Assembly: GCF_039654945.1 (NCBI RefSeq)
Contig: NW_027362008.1
Location: forward strand, 4,154,001-4,218,000
Length of the DNA stretch: 64,000 nt
From: Dendrobates tinctorius
Taxonomy: Eukaryota
Reading direction: 5' to 3'
In this document: in pieces, positions 12,745 through 24,525 of the stretch
Position numbering within the stretch: the stretch's first letter is position 1
How the letters are laid out: every line of letters begins with the position of its first letter
The notes under the pieces: generated by a model
Databases searched by the model: none
Seen by the model: only the letters and a program-made list of their open reading frames with translations
Told to the model about the DNA's origin: nothing
Program-made: the position numbers and the translations under genes

Positions 12745-14394
12745 ATGGCCACCAACATCAAGGAAGCAAGCAAGAACACGGCAAAACACCTTCTTCATCT
12801 GATATCAGAAACTTCCAAGAACCTGAAGATGATGGAAGTGACTGACCACTTTGAACTTTTGCTAGAACTTGGGACTGGATCTTTTGGAAATGTACACATG
12901 GGAAAACACAAACATTCAGGTGAGATGATGATGATGGATGATGACTATGAAGATGACTGAGCCATCAGGGTGGTTTTAGATGAATGTGAAAGATGAAATT
13001 GAAATCTGCTTGTACCCTGACAAACTGTACTTGTTAACAATCATTAAGTATGACCCTAGTTGTATCCTATCTACAACGTGTCATTAGTATTCTGCACCAC
13101 TACCCTCTAGTCTTATGAATGCTCCTGTGTAAAGTGATTGATCAGGTTGTTTATATGGTTTTAAAAGTGTTATGGAATATGATGAGGATGAACATTAACA
13201 ATTATAATGTTTATTCAACAGGACAGACCGTGGCAATTAAAATGATGGCAAAGAAGAAGACTCCAGAAGACAACTTCTTTCTGGAATATTGCATTTCACA
13301 AACCCTCAGCATTCATCGGAACATCATATTTACTCACGACATCTTCTTCCATACCAGTAGGGATTTTGTGTTTGTTCAGGAAGTGGCACCGGCCGGAAAT
13401 CTCCAGTCCATCCTTGTACCTAAAGTAAGATCTTAAGCTGTTCTCCACTTTTACATATTCAAGCATTATTCATACTGCTGAAGAAAAAAATTAGTGGTCT
13501 TTATTGTAGATCTGACATCTAACATTACCCTATTTCCTCAGATTTAATAAACTCATATTTCTGTAAGTAGCAGTATGGGACCCCCATAATTAGGCAGGTT
13601 TAGGTTGTATGAGTATGTGTGAGCTAGTAAAATCCTCTATGTGAGAGATATTTAATTTTTAGTGGAAATCTCACATTATAGAGGATATCTGATTAATAGC
13701 AGAGTAGAACTGATGTCTGCAGGAATTATATCTACTAGTAGAAGATATCTATAAGTCTTCTGTTCTTTTATATCAGATATGTTTTCCCTTCTGCTGTTCA
13801 GCTGTGTAATCTTCTGTGTTGTCTTTTTCTTAGGTCGGCATGCAGGAGGACATGTTGAAGCGTTGTGTTCCTCAGATCGCCAGTGCTCTGGACTTTATGC
13901 ATAACAGAGGAATGGTTCATCGGGATATCAAGCCGAATAATATTCTTCTGATGGATGCAGAATGTCACTGGATAAAGCTGGCAGACTTTGGACTCACCAG
14001 GCTCCAGGGCACATTTGTTCCTTTTGTGCCCTGGTATAAACCCTACACTGCTCCAGAGCTCTGCTGCCTTAGACCAGGAGAACAGTTGTTGCTACATCCT
14101 AGTCTTGATGTCTGGGCTTTTGGTGTAGTCATTTATTATGCTCTTTCTGGACTCTTTCCTTGGCATGGGGCAAAACGCGGTGATCGAGATTATAAAGAGT
14201 TTGCCTGGTGGCAGGTTGGAAGGGATCTGTCAAAAGCTCCAAAAAAGTGGAAGAAAATTTCAGTGGAGGCCAGAGTAATGTTCTGGGAACTGCTTCAAAT
14301 AAATGCCTCTAAGAGAGGCTCGGCCATTGACATTCTAAAATTTATGCACTTGCCATGGAAAGCCGAGGAATGTTCAGAGACCGAAGCAACCTGA
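12745..14394 (+). CDS. SBK1-like (SH3 domain-binding kinase family) Ser/Thr protein kinase, copy 1; exons 12745-12919, 13222-13424, 13834-14394; 312 aa
   Basis: GT-AG introns (cag|gtgaga...caacag, phase 1; aaa|gtaaga...ttcttag, phase 0) join into a 939-nt frame. Motifs: LGTGSFG, VAIK, alphaC Glu (FLEY), HRDIKPNN, DFG, PYTAPE, DVWAFG. FVQEVAPAGNL..ILVPKVG..ED..KRCV..ALDFMH and LLMDAECHWIKLADFG resemble SBK1 as recalled; a paralog, not necessarily the ortholog. Confidence 0.92.
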
Positions 14395-14485
14395 TATGTT
14401 GAATCTATGACAAACTGCAATATGATATTTGTTTTTTTAATCAATAATGTCTACAAAGCAGACTGTGAACTATTGTAAATAGCTC

Positions 14486-14499
14486 AATAAATGAATAAA
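14486..14499 (+). terminator. Tandem polyadenylation signals of the kinase gene (also 30650-30663, 46814-46827, 60836-60849)
   Basis: AATAAAtgAATAAA ~90 nt after the stop codon. Confidence 0.65.
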
Positions 14500-15515
14500 A
14501 CAGACTTGAATCTTACTAAAGTTTGTCTCGAGAAAAACAGAAAAAAATATAGAAGTTACGGGTATACGAACATGGGACACTCCCAAAACATTTTTTAAGT
14601 CAGTTTTTTTCATAAAAGTAACAAAACATAAAAAGTGATATAGAAAAGGAATTGTCATGGTATTGCTATTCACATTCTACATATTTCACATTGACATGCT
14701 TTAGCACTACAGAGTGCATCTTTTTTGTTTATTGAAAATGAAGGTAACTGCAGCTAGTTGGCTCCTGTTCACATTAGCTTGGAAGTGCCAGTCTTTTTGT
14801 CACTAAAAAAATAATACTGGTACTTTATTCCCAAATTTGATAAATATGCTGAGCCTCCATCTTGCTATTTGCACTGGATATTATGCCCATTGGTTAAGAA
14901 AACTCCCTTGGTTATACAGGACTCAAGATTTTTTACAAATACAGGATGATTTTGATTGACAAGAATTATTGCAGCTGGTGACAATCCTTGTGCTTTTGCT
15001 TTGCACACAATTCCTTTCAATTTGCAGGACCCTGGTATAACCAGGCAGCTGATACAGCAATGGATTCACCAGTTGCCGTGACTTGTATACTGTATATATT
15101 TTTTGGAGAAAGATACTTAATTTGAACAATCCATTTCTATTACATATCAAATTATTCTTACAATTTAAAGACAATATTCTTATAGTAAGAAGAGATGTGT
15201 CTTTTACTTTTTGGAAAGCATGCAGTAAAAAATAAAATCATTATGAGTCAGCACAAATTCTAATAATTTGAAAACAAAACTCTTGAGTGACTGAATATGA
15301 TTGCCCTTTGTGCTCAAAAATATTTTACTGCCTGAGTTCCCAATTCATAACAGATTCTGGTATAAAATGTCTCAATGTAAAGTCTCACTATCATTCTTGT
15401 GGGTGGCCAGGACTTCCAGCATCACCAGACCTCTGACTTCACTGTGCCTTTGTTGGGAAAAAACTTGGCACTCATAGTAAAATCAGAGGATTTTATATTT
15501 GAATTTATTTAACGC

Positions 15516-16855
15516 TGTCGGAGAAGAGATTTCTATTTCTACTTGGGTAGTTTCTGTCTTATGGGTACCTATGCAATGAAGCATAATGAGAGAGACAGAC
15601 TGCTCGCTGTGTTTCCAAATCGTCTCTAAGGTTTATTGACAGTGTGAACTTTTATAGAACAAGATCAAAAAGAAATGAAGAATACATAAGACTTGGCAAA
15701 ATAGAAAGGGAGGTTACACAATCGTTGACATAAAAAGATAGGTTATACAATGAGTTGTCAACCACATCCTCGGACACAAGATAAAATTAAATGAAAAATG
15801 ACAGGAATACAGGGGTGCTTTCCAAAAGTCAATGTGCTCTAAGTTAATAGTCATGAGTTCATATTCAAAAGATATTTTTCTAAAAAGATGTTAGAACATT
15901 TCACCTCAAAAGGGAAGAGAATGCATGTCCTTCAGATTTTCTGGGAATTGTAGGAACTGACCATTAGCCATAGGACTGTGACCACATAGACAGATGATAA
16001 CTGGATGTCACGACTAGTGACGAGTTCGCTGCCGAGCCAACACCTCCACGTCGACGACCACGACGATGTGGGGTGAGCGTCCCAAGTGGGGATGGAATGT
16101 GGACCCACTGGACCACAGGGGGGACCCAGGCCTACCCAGACTAGGGAAGAGTAGCGACCGGGGTCTGTGGCAGCTGAGCATGTGGACGAGGAGGCAGAAT
16201 GACATGACACCGCACACTTCAGGTATAGACATAAAGTTTACTTGAACAAGACATGGTACATAAACGAAACAGTTATGCAAGGCTCCCGGTTCCGCACATC
16301 AGGGAAGGGTACATGTCTCAGGATAACAGAAGAAAGGCAGGAGGTCATTACGGGTTGAGCAGTCCAGGGTTGTCTGGCATGGGTATACTAGGGCGGCCTC
16401 TTCCTCAGTCCTCAGGGGTAGCAAAGGGTCACCAGGAGAATATCAGACACCGACCACAAACAGACTTCAGAAAATGGCAGGCATTGTCTGACATTTCAAT
16501 CACATCCATACACGCAGTACTTCTGTATTCTCCCGCTACCCGTATTTTATCAAAAAAGCTCTAATGCCAATGGACAAAAACATAAATCTTATCTATTTAT
16601 AGAAACTCTTGGTTGGTTCACTATATCCTCTAATTAGTGTCCTATCTGAGTACCCGGTTGCATACAAAAAAATTGAGCAATTATATTCACATATTGTCTT
16701 CACGTGATTTTCCCACTTCATTACAAACTCCCACCCGGTTCCTTCCATTAGGTTTTTCCAAGGAGCAACTAACCAGAGAGTTTTATCTTAATCGCTGCTT
16801 TGAGCAACAAAAAGGCTGTTTATACACTGAGCACACATCATTTAGTCTCCATACA
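15516..16855 (-). mobile_element. Probable solo LTR-like element, ~1.34 kb (also 1-699 partial, 31680-33019, 47844-49183, 61866-63205)
   Basis: Ends TGTCGGAGA...TCTCCATACA; on the - strand TATAAAA (15650-15656) is closely followed by AATAAA (15632-15637); no clean TSD. Confidence 0.45.
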
Positions 16856-17807
16856 TCAACAGAGCTGCTTTACAGTAGTACGAAATGAATATGTTGAAGT
16901 GTATTTTCCTGGGCCCAACCAGTATGTGGGTACCAAGGTGTAATGGGGTGCATAGGACTATGCAGCAGGGCAGACATTGCTGTCACTCTGTAAACAAAAG
17001 AGTAGGGGAGAACCGTATGAATATGGTGAAGTGTATTTTTTTCCTGGGCCCATCCAGTATGTGGGTTCCAAGTGTTTAATGGGGTGCATATGACTATGGT
17101 ATGAATCTCGGAAAAAAATATTTAAAGCTGTGAACTAGGAGTCAGGAATGCTTCCAGGGGCGATCCCCATGAATTCCCCATTTCATTTGAGCAGTGTTTA
17201 AATCATTTTCAGATGTTTCTAGACCTTAAAATGACCCCCTTGGGGGATCACAGCAAAAATGCTCGGGTTTCCCATAGACTTATATTGGGCTCGTTGTTCT
17301 GTCCGAGTACCCAAGTATTACAATTTGCTCGACCCGAACAACGAGTGCCCAAGCATTTTAGTGCTCGCTCATCACTAATCCCAGTACTTAAAAAGCGATA
17401 CTCAATTCATGGAGAATAACTTCTCTGAAATTCAAATTAATTGGGAAAATCCAAACGGTTAAGCGATTTTGAATTTTGCTGATCTGACCCATGTTATAAA
17501 ACAATCTTATCATATATTGTGCACGATGAATGCCGCATGAAGGGAAAAGTGAAAAACTGCTAAACTTGCTATTCTTGTTCATCTTACCTCACTAAAAAAT
17601 TGAATTAAAAAAATCATGTATCCCAACGCTGTACCAAAACAACTAGTTTTGTACCCAAAAACATGTCCTCATGCAGATCTGCATTCAGAAAAATAAAAAG
17701 CAATGACTCTCAATATGACAGCTATAAAAAACATATTGTGATTTTCTTGGGTATGAACATAATCATGTCAGCACACAGAATAAAGTGAACAAGTCAATTA
17801 TACTGCT

Positions 17808-18971
17808 TACGTTTGAAAATCCACCAGGCTTCCCTATTTTGTAATGTAACCTCCGTATCACCCCCTCTGATGGGTGTGTGTATTTTTTCAATTGCATACA
17901 CCAGAAGTGTTTTCAGGTCATCTTTATGACATTCAATAAAATGTTTTGACACCTGAGATGTGTTCCTTTCCATGTTAATATTCTCTGTGTCATAGATGTG
18001 TTCCCCAATTCTTTTCTTCAGCTTGCGTTTTGTGCTTCCAACATGTTTTAGATGGCAGAAGGTGCACTCCATAATATATACCAAGGTTTTAGTGCTACAA
18101 TTGATAAAGGTTTTAGTAGCAAAATTCTTGCTTTCACTAGAATCTCCAAAGCTAGAGCTCTCTTTAGTGTATTTACAGGACTTAGCGCCACACTTATAAA
18201 AACCCTTGGTTTTCTGCCAATTTGTGGATTGAATTTGAGACATATTCAAAAAACTTGGCAAAAGGCTCTGACCTAAAGATGGTGCTCTCCTAGAGTCTAT
18301 TCTAAATCCTTTCCCTATAATACTATCTATATCTGGATCCTCTTTTAATACAGATAAATTATTTTGAATAATTCGTTCAATAGAGGCAAACTGGTTACTA
18401 CACTGCGAGACCAATGTTACAGGAGTGACTGAATGTTCATGTGTGTTACACTTAGGTTTGAATCGCGGTTTTTGAGCCACAATGTTTTCAGCTTTGCTTA
18501 AACTCCATTGGGTATAACCCCTTTGGGTCAATCGCTGCTTAATGTTAGAAACTTCCTGTTGATAATCTGTATTTGTGCTACAATTGCATTTAGCTCTTGT
18601 CATCTCCCCAACAGGTATACTTTTAATTGTATGTTTAGGATGATGGCTTTTTCCATGGAGTATAGCATTGCCTGCTGTGTTCTTTCTAAATTTTTGTGTT
18701 ACTACAGGTTTACCTGAAATTCCTTGTAAAATCAAATAAAAAAAATCAATGCATGAAATTTTATGGCGGACCACAAATTTTAAATTCAAGGGATTGCAAT
18801 TAATATAAAAATTAAAATCCTGTATGGCAGATACATCAGAATTCCAGATGATAATGATATCATCTATGTATCTGCCTTACCAATAGACACAATCTTTAAA
18901 TGGATTATTTACAGTATAAATATACAGCTCTTCCCACCAGCTCATTACCAAGTGAAATTAGCAAGTGAAGT
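17808..18971 (-). mobile_element. Penelope-like fragment, unit 2
   Basis: Identical 331-aa ORF 17794-18789. Confidence 0.9.
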
Positions 18972-19432
18972 TGTCAAGCGATCCACTATATGACCAAGAT
19001 GAAAATCTTTCTTTGCAATTGCGGCTTGTTCCCAGTCAACTTACGTGCATCGTTATATTTTACTTTTGGTTATGTGTGTTTTTCCATGCGTTATTCATCC
19101 TGTTTTGAATGTGAATGTTTTTTCTTTGTCATCTAGGAATATTTAACACCATCCACTATATGATTAAGATATAAAGTATTTTTCGCAATTGCGGCTTGTT
19201 CCTCGCTAGTTTATGTGGATTGTTATGCAAGAGCATATTGCTATCTGTGTTTTTTTATGCGATGTAGATCTGGTTTTGAATTAAATTGTTTTCATTTTTG
19301 CTTTCACCTAGGTACTTTTACCCTCCTCCGCTGAAATTGTGTTTTTAGATCTGTGTCTCTTACTATTACTCTATGACACTCAGTGTATGATAGAGAGAAA
19401 TGTATTTTTCTTCTTTCTATGATTGTTATTGA

Positions 19433-22400
19433 ATCATAGAATCATAGAATCATAGAATCATAGAATCGTAGAGTTGGAAGGGACCTCCTGGGCCATCTGG
19501 TCCAACCCCCTGCTCAAAGCAGGATTCGCTAAATCATCCCAGTCAGATGTCTGTCCAGCCTCTGTTTGAAGACTTCCATTGAAGGAGAACTCACCACTTC
19601 TCGTGGCAGCCTGTTCCACTCATTGATCACTCTAACTGTCAAAAAGTTTTTTCTAATATCTAATCTGTGTCTCTTCCCATTCAGTTTCATCCCATTGCTT
19701 CTAGTCTTTCCTTGTGCAAATGAGAATAAAGTTGATCCTTCTACAATGTGACAGCCCTTTAGATATTTGTAGACAGCTATTAAGTCTCCTCTCAGTCTTC
19801 TCTTTTGCAAACTAAACATTCCCAAATCCTGCAACCTTTCCTCATAAGACAGGGATTGCAGACCGGTCACCATTCTGGTCGCTCTTTTCTGAACTTGCTC
19901 CAGTTTGTTGATGTCTTTTTTAAAATGTGGTGCCCAAAACTGGACACAATATTCCAGATGAGGTCTGACCAAAGAGGAGTAGAGGGAAATAATGACTTCA
20001 CGTGATCTAGACTGTATGCTTCTGTTAATACATCCTAGAATTGCATTTGCCTTTTTTGCTGCTGCATCACACTGTTGACTCATGTTCAGTCTGTGATCTA
20101 TTAGTATACCCAAGTCTTTTTCACATGTGCTGTCACTTAGCCCTATTCCTCCCATTCTATATATGCTTTTTTCATTTTTATTGCCCAGATGTAGTACTTT
20201 GCATTTCTCCCTGTTAAAAACCATTCTGTTAGTTGCTGCCCACTTCTCCAGTTTATTTAAATCTTTTTGAATCCTCTCTCTCTCTTCTCTAGTATTAGCT
20301 ATCCCTCCTAGCTTTGTGTCATCAGCAAATTTAATCAGTTTACCCTCAATTCCTTCATCTAAATCGTTGATAAAGATGTTGAACAATACAGGGCCCAGGA
20401 CAGAGCCCTGTGGTACCCCACATGAGACATTCTTCCAACTGGATGTGCAGCCATTTACGACCACTCTTTGGGTCCGATCACTAAGCCAGTTATGAATCCA
20501 CCTAACAGTTGCCTTGTCCATTCCATACTTAGTCATTTTTTCAATAAGGATTGTATGAGAGACTTTGTCAAATGCTTTGCTGAAGTCAAGATATACTATA
20601 TCTACAGCATTTCCTTGATCCACCCAATCAGTGATACCGTCATAGAAGGAAATTAAGTTAGTCTGACATGACTTATTAGTTAGAAACCCATGCTGACTCT
20701 GTTTAATCACTTCATTCTTATCCAGGTATTGACATACAAGTTGTTTAATAATTTGTTCAAAGATCTTTCCTGGTATAGAAGTCAGACTCACCGGCCTATA
20801 GTTGCCTGGGTCCACCTTCTTCCCCTTTTTGAAGATAGGAACAACATTTGCTCTTCTCCAGTCTTCTGGCACTTCTCCTGTTCTCCAAGAATTTTCAAAG
20901 ATTATGGAGAGGGGTTCAAAAATTTCTTCTGCTATCTCCTTCAGTACTCTGGGGTGTAATTCATCTGGACCTGGAGACTTGAATTCATTTAGGTTAGCTA
21001 ACTGTTTCCTCACTATCTTTCTGTTTATAGATATCCTGGATTCTTCTATTCCCTTAATAGGACAGTGAATAACAGTTGATGTTGCATTTCCTTTCTGAGA
21101 GAAAGCAGATGCAAAATAGGAATTTAAAAGTTCAGCCTTCTCAACATCCTGTCTTACCATTTCATCATTTTCATCCTGTAAAAATCCTATAGCATCTTTG
21201 ACTTTTCTTTTACTTTTGACATATCCCCAAAATCCTTTATTATTGCTTTTGACATCTCTTGCAAGCCTCAGTTCATTTTCAGCTTTAGCTAATATGATTT
21301 GTGCCCTGCAGGTTCTGCAGACAGCATTATATTCTTCTTTAGATATGCCTCCCTCTTTCCATTTTATAAACATTTTTTTCTTCCTTTTAGCATGTGCTTA
21401 AGTTCTGTGTTCATCCATCCTGGTTTCCTTAAATGCTTCCTATTCTTCCCTCTTTTCGGAATTGTTAACAACTGTGCTTTGAGAATTTCATTTTTCAAGA
21501 TTTCCCATCCTTCCTGGACATTTTTGTCTTTAAGGATATCCAGCCATTGGATCCCTCCAATTCTCTTTCTGAATCCCTTAAAATCTGCCTTTCTGAAATC
21601 TAACCTTGACGTCTGAGTCTTCACAGGTCTTCCACCTCTAGTAATCCAAAATTCTAAAATAGCATGGTCGCTACCTCCTAGGGTCCCAGCCACTTTTACC
21701 TCCTCAACCATTTCCTCCCTGTTTATAAGGATTAGATCCAAGGTAGCAGTTCCCCTTGTTTTCTCCCTTACCTTTTGGAAGATAAAGTTGTCAGCAAGAG
21801 AGGATAAGAATTTCCTTGACCTGTTAGTTTTGCCTGAGAGAGATTCCCAACAAATGTCTGGATAGTTGAAATCTCCCATGACAACTATGTCATATTTTTT
21901 GGAGAACTTGGCCATCTGATGCATAAAGAGTTCATCTATATCTTTGGCTTGCACAGGCGGCCTGTAGTAAATGCCTACAATGGTGTCCTTTCCATTGTTC
22001 TGTCCTTGTATTCTTACGCAAACAGTTTCCACAGAACTCCCAGTCTCTGAAGCTTCAATCTCTGTGCAGATATACGCGTTTTGAACATACAATGCGACAC
22101 CCCCTCCTCGTTTATCAAGTCTGTTTCTTGCAAATAAGTTGTATCCTTCTAGTCTTGTATTCCAATCATGTGTATTGTCCCACCAAGTTTCAGTGATTCC
22201 AATTACATCATATTTCTGTTCCTGTGTTAGTAGTTCCAATTCTCCTTGTTTGTTGCCCATGCTTTGTGCATTAGTATAGAAACATTTTAGTTTGTGATTG
22301 GTTTCTCTTTCTCCAATATTTTTATTAATTAGATTCTTTCGTCTTTGTTCTTCCTTTCCACTTCTAATAGAAGAGTTCTCAATAGCATTTGTCAGGTGTA

Positions 22401-22441
22401 TGGCTTTTTCTGGTCTTTTGCTTCCCTTCCCATGTTGTTCT
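19433..22441 (-). mobile_element. CR1 insertion A, unit 2
   Basis: Same junctions; 1-bp frameshift at ~21385 splits ORF2 (21364-22536 / 19529-21373). Confidence 0.96.
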
Positions 22442-24525
22442 TGAGAAATTGAGAATAATATAATAGAAAAAATGTCTTTGTAAGGCTGTGTGCCCACATT
22501 GCGCTTTTTCAGAGTTTCCGTGGTGATTTTAAACAAGTGATTCTGCCGCTGAAATGCTTAAGAAAATCATTCCATGTTATCATAATTGATTCCGCACATG
22601 TTGTGCTAATGGTGCGTATTTTACCGCTGCGGAATTGCTTAGCGGTAAAAAACACAGCATGTTCATTAATTTTGTGGAATCGCATGCGATTATGCATACA
22701 TACACTTGTATTGCAAAAGCGCATAGGAAATCGCATGTTAAAACATATGACAAATGCATCAAAATTGCTAAAATCTTCAAAACTGCATGCGTTTTTCCAG
22801 CTAAGGGTGTGCGTTTCTCCTCAGGAATATTCTACTTCAAAACTGCAATGTGGGCACATAGCCTGAAAGTGGCTTTTCTATCCTCTAGTCTGAGTAGATG
22901 GCTGTAATTTTTCATTCTGACGTTTGATCCATCATATGATTTTCACTCTGTTCCAGAGTGAAATTGTATTTTCCTCTTTGGTTGTTTTGTAAAAACTCAA
23001 CATCAATTTTTACAATTATGGTTCTTTCATTTGCTCCCTTATATAAATGTATATTTCTCTACTTCTGTACTGTGGCTGCTAAGAAGAATTTACAATATAC
23101 TGCGTTTGTTCTGCGCAATTGAAATACATTCTCGCCTTTATGCCATGTGGAAATCACATTCCTGATTTTAGCCATGTATGTCTTCACTTGTAATTCATTT
23201 ACGTTAATTAGATATGTTAATTGTCTTTCACTAGTGTTCAGCATATTAGTGCTTTCTCGAACAATGCCTGTTATCATGACTAAGGGTGCTGGGACACCTG
23301 AAACGCGTTGATAACACAATCTTATGTACCATTCATGCTGATATTTTATCTATTCACATCTGAGTGAATAAAGAATTTGTGTTTTCACTTCTGGATCATG
23401 GCTTTTTTGTTACATTAGCCATACCTTTCTTTTCTGGGCAATATAGATGTAAAAGTGTTTTTTAAGTATCAGTTATATTTGTCAATACACTTTTTAAGTG
23501 GAACTTATTAGCATGATTTTATAAGCACTTTTTTGCAAGAGAAATAAAGAAAACAGTAATTTTAACATTTATTTGTAGTTTAAAGTTTGTGTTATCTGAT
23601 TTGCTGAAAAAATAAAGCAGTAACTGCATTCAGTAGGTCAGTACTAATATGGTGCTGGTAAATTTGTATAATCTTAATTGTTTTTTATGTTTTGTACAAT
23701 ATACACTTTAAAAAAAACCCATTTTTATACTGTTTTACAATTTTTTGTTAGTGGCGTGGTATGAAGATTTATTTTTGCCTGAAAATCTGTAGCTTTTGTT
23801 GTTAACAGTTTGTTGTACATGCAACTTTTTGATCACTTTTACATTATTTAGGAGGCAAAATGAAAGAAAAACACGTAAATTCTGAATTTGTTTTAATATT
23901 TTTTTAAACCCCAGTCACTGTTGGGTATAACTGTCATGGTATCTTTATTTGGTGGACGATATCATCACCATATTCTCATAAACTTCACTTATTTATTTTT
24001 CGGTTTATTGTAGGTGACGCTGATTGAGGCTTTGTTTTTGGTTATATATGCCTTTCTAGTTATTATTTATCTCATTGTTTTGCTGGGAAGCAGAAACAAA
24101 CAGCTATGAATTGGAAATAGTTGTTATTTTTATGGAGTTCGTCCAGCAGTATAATTGACATGATTACTTTATTCTGTGTGCTGATATGATTATGTTCATA
24201 TCTAAGAAAATCACAATACATTTTTTATAGCTGTCACATTGTGAGTCAATGCTTTGTATTTTTCTGACTGCAGATCTGTATGAGGACATGTTTTTGGGTA
24301 ACAAACTAGTTATTTTGGTATAGCATCGGGATACATGATTTTTTAATTCAGTTTTTTAGTGAGGTAAGATGAACAAAAATAGCAAGTTTAGCAGTTTCTC
24401 ACTTTTCCCCTCATACGGCATTGATCATGCACAATAAATGATAAGATTGTTTTATAACATGGGTCAGATCAGCAAAATTCAAAATCGCTTAACTGTTTGG
24501 ATTTTCCCAATTAATTTGATTTTCA

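Larger units (their letters stand above)
1..16156 (+). repeat. Tandem array unit 1 (16,156 bp; phase set arbitrarily at window start)
   Basis: Sequence at 1 (accggggtctgtggcagc) recurs at 16157; the ORF track repeats with +16156/+16164 offsets. Confidence 0.98.

Noticed and set aside
12920-12960. Acidic tail EMMMMDDDYEDD and the N-terminal extensions of ORFs 12676 and 13119
   Set aside because: Intronic read-through beyond the splice sites; the tail is a (GAT)n microsatellite
15932-17079. Short ORFs in the LTR-like region as viral accessory genes
   Set aside because: No recognisable motifs or splice structure; identity between units reflects recent duplication
21364-22536. 390-aa ORF apparently giving the CR1 endonuclease a new start inside the MITE (also 37528-38700)
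   Set aside because: The listed start is TTG, not ATG; it is chance read-through from the flank and ends at a frameshift
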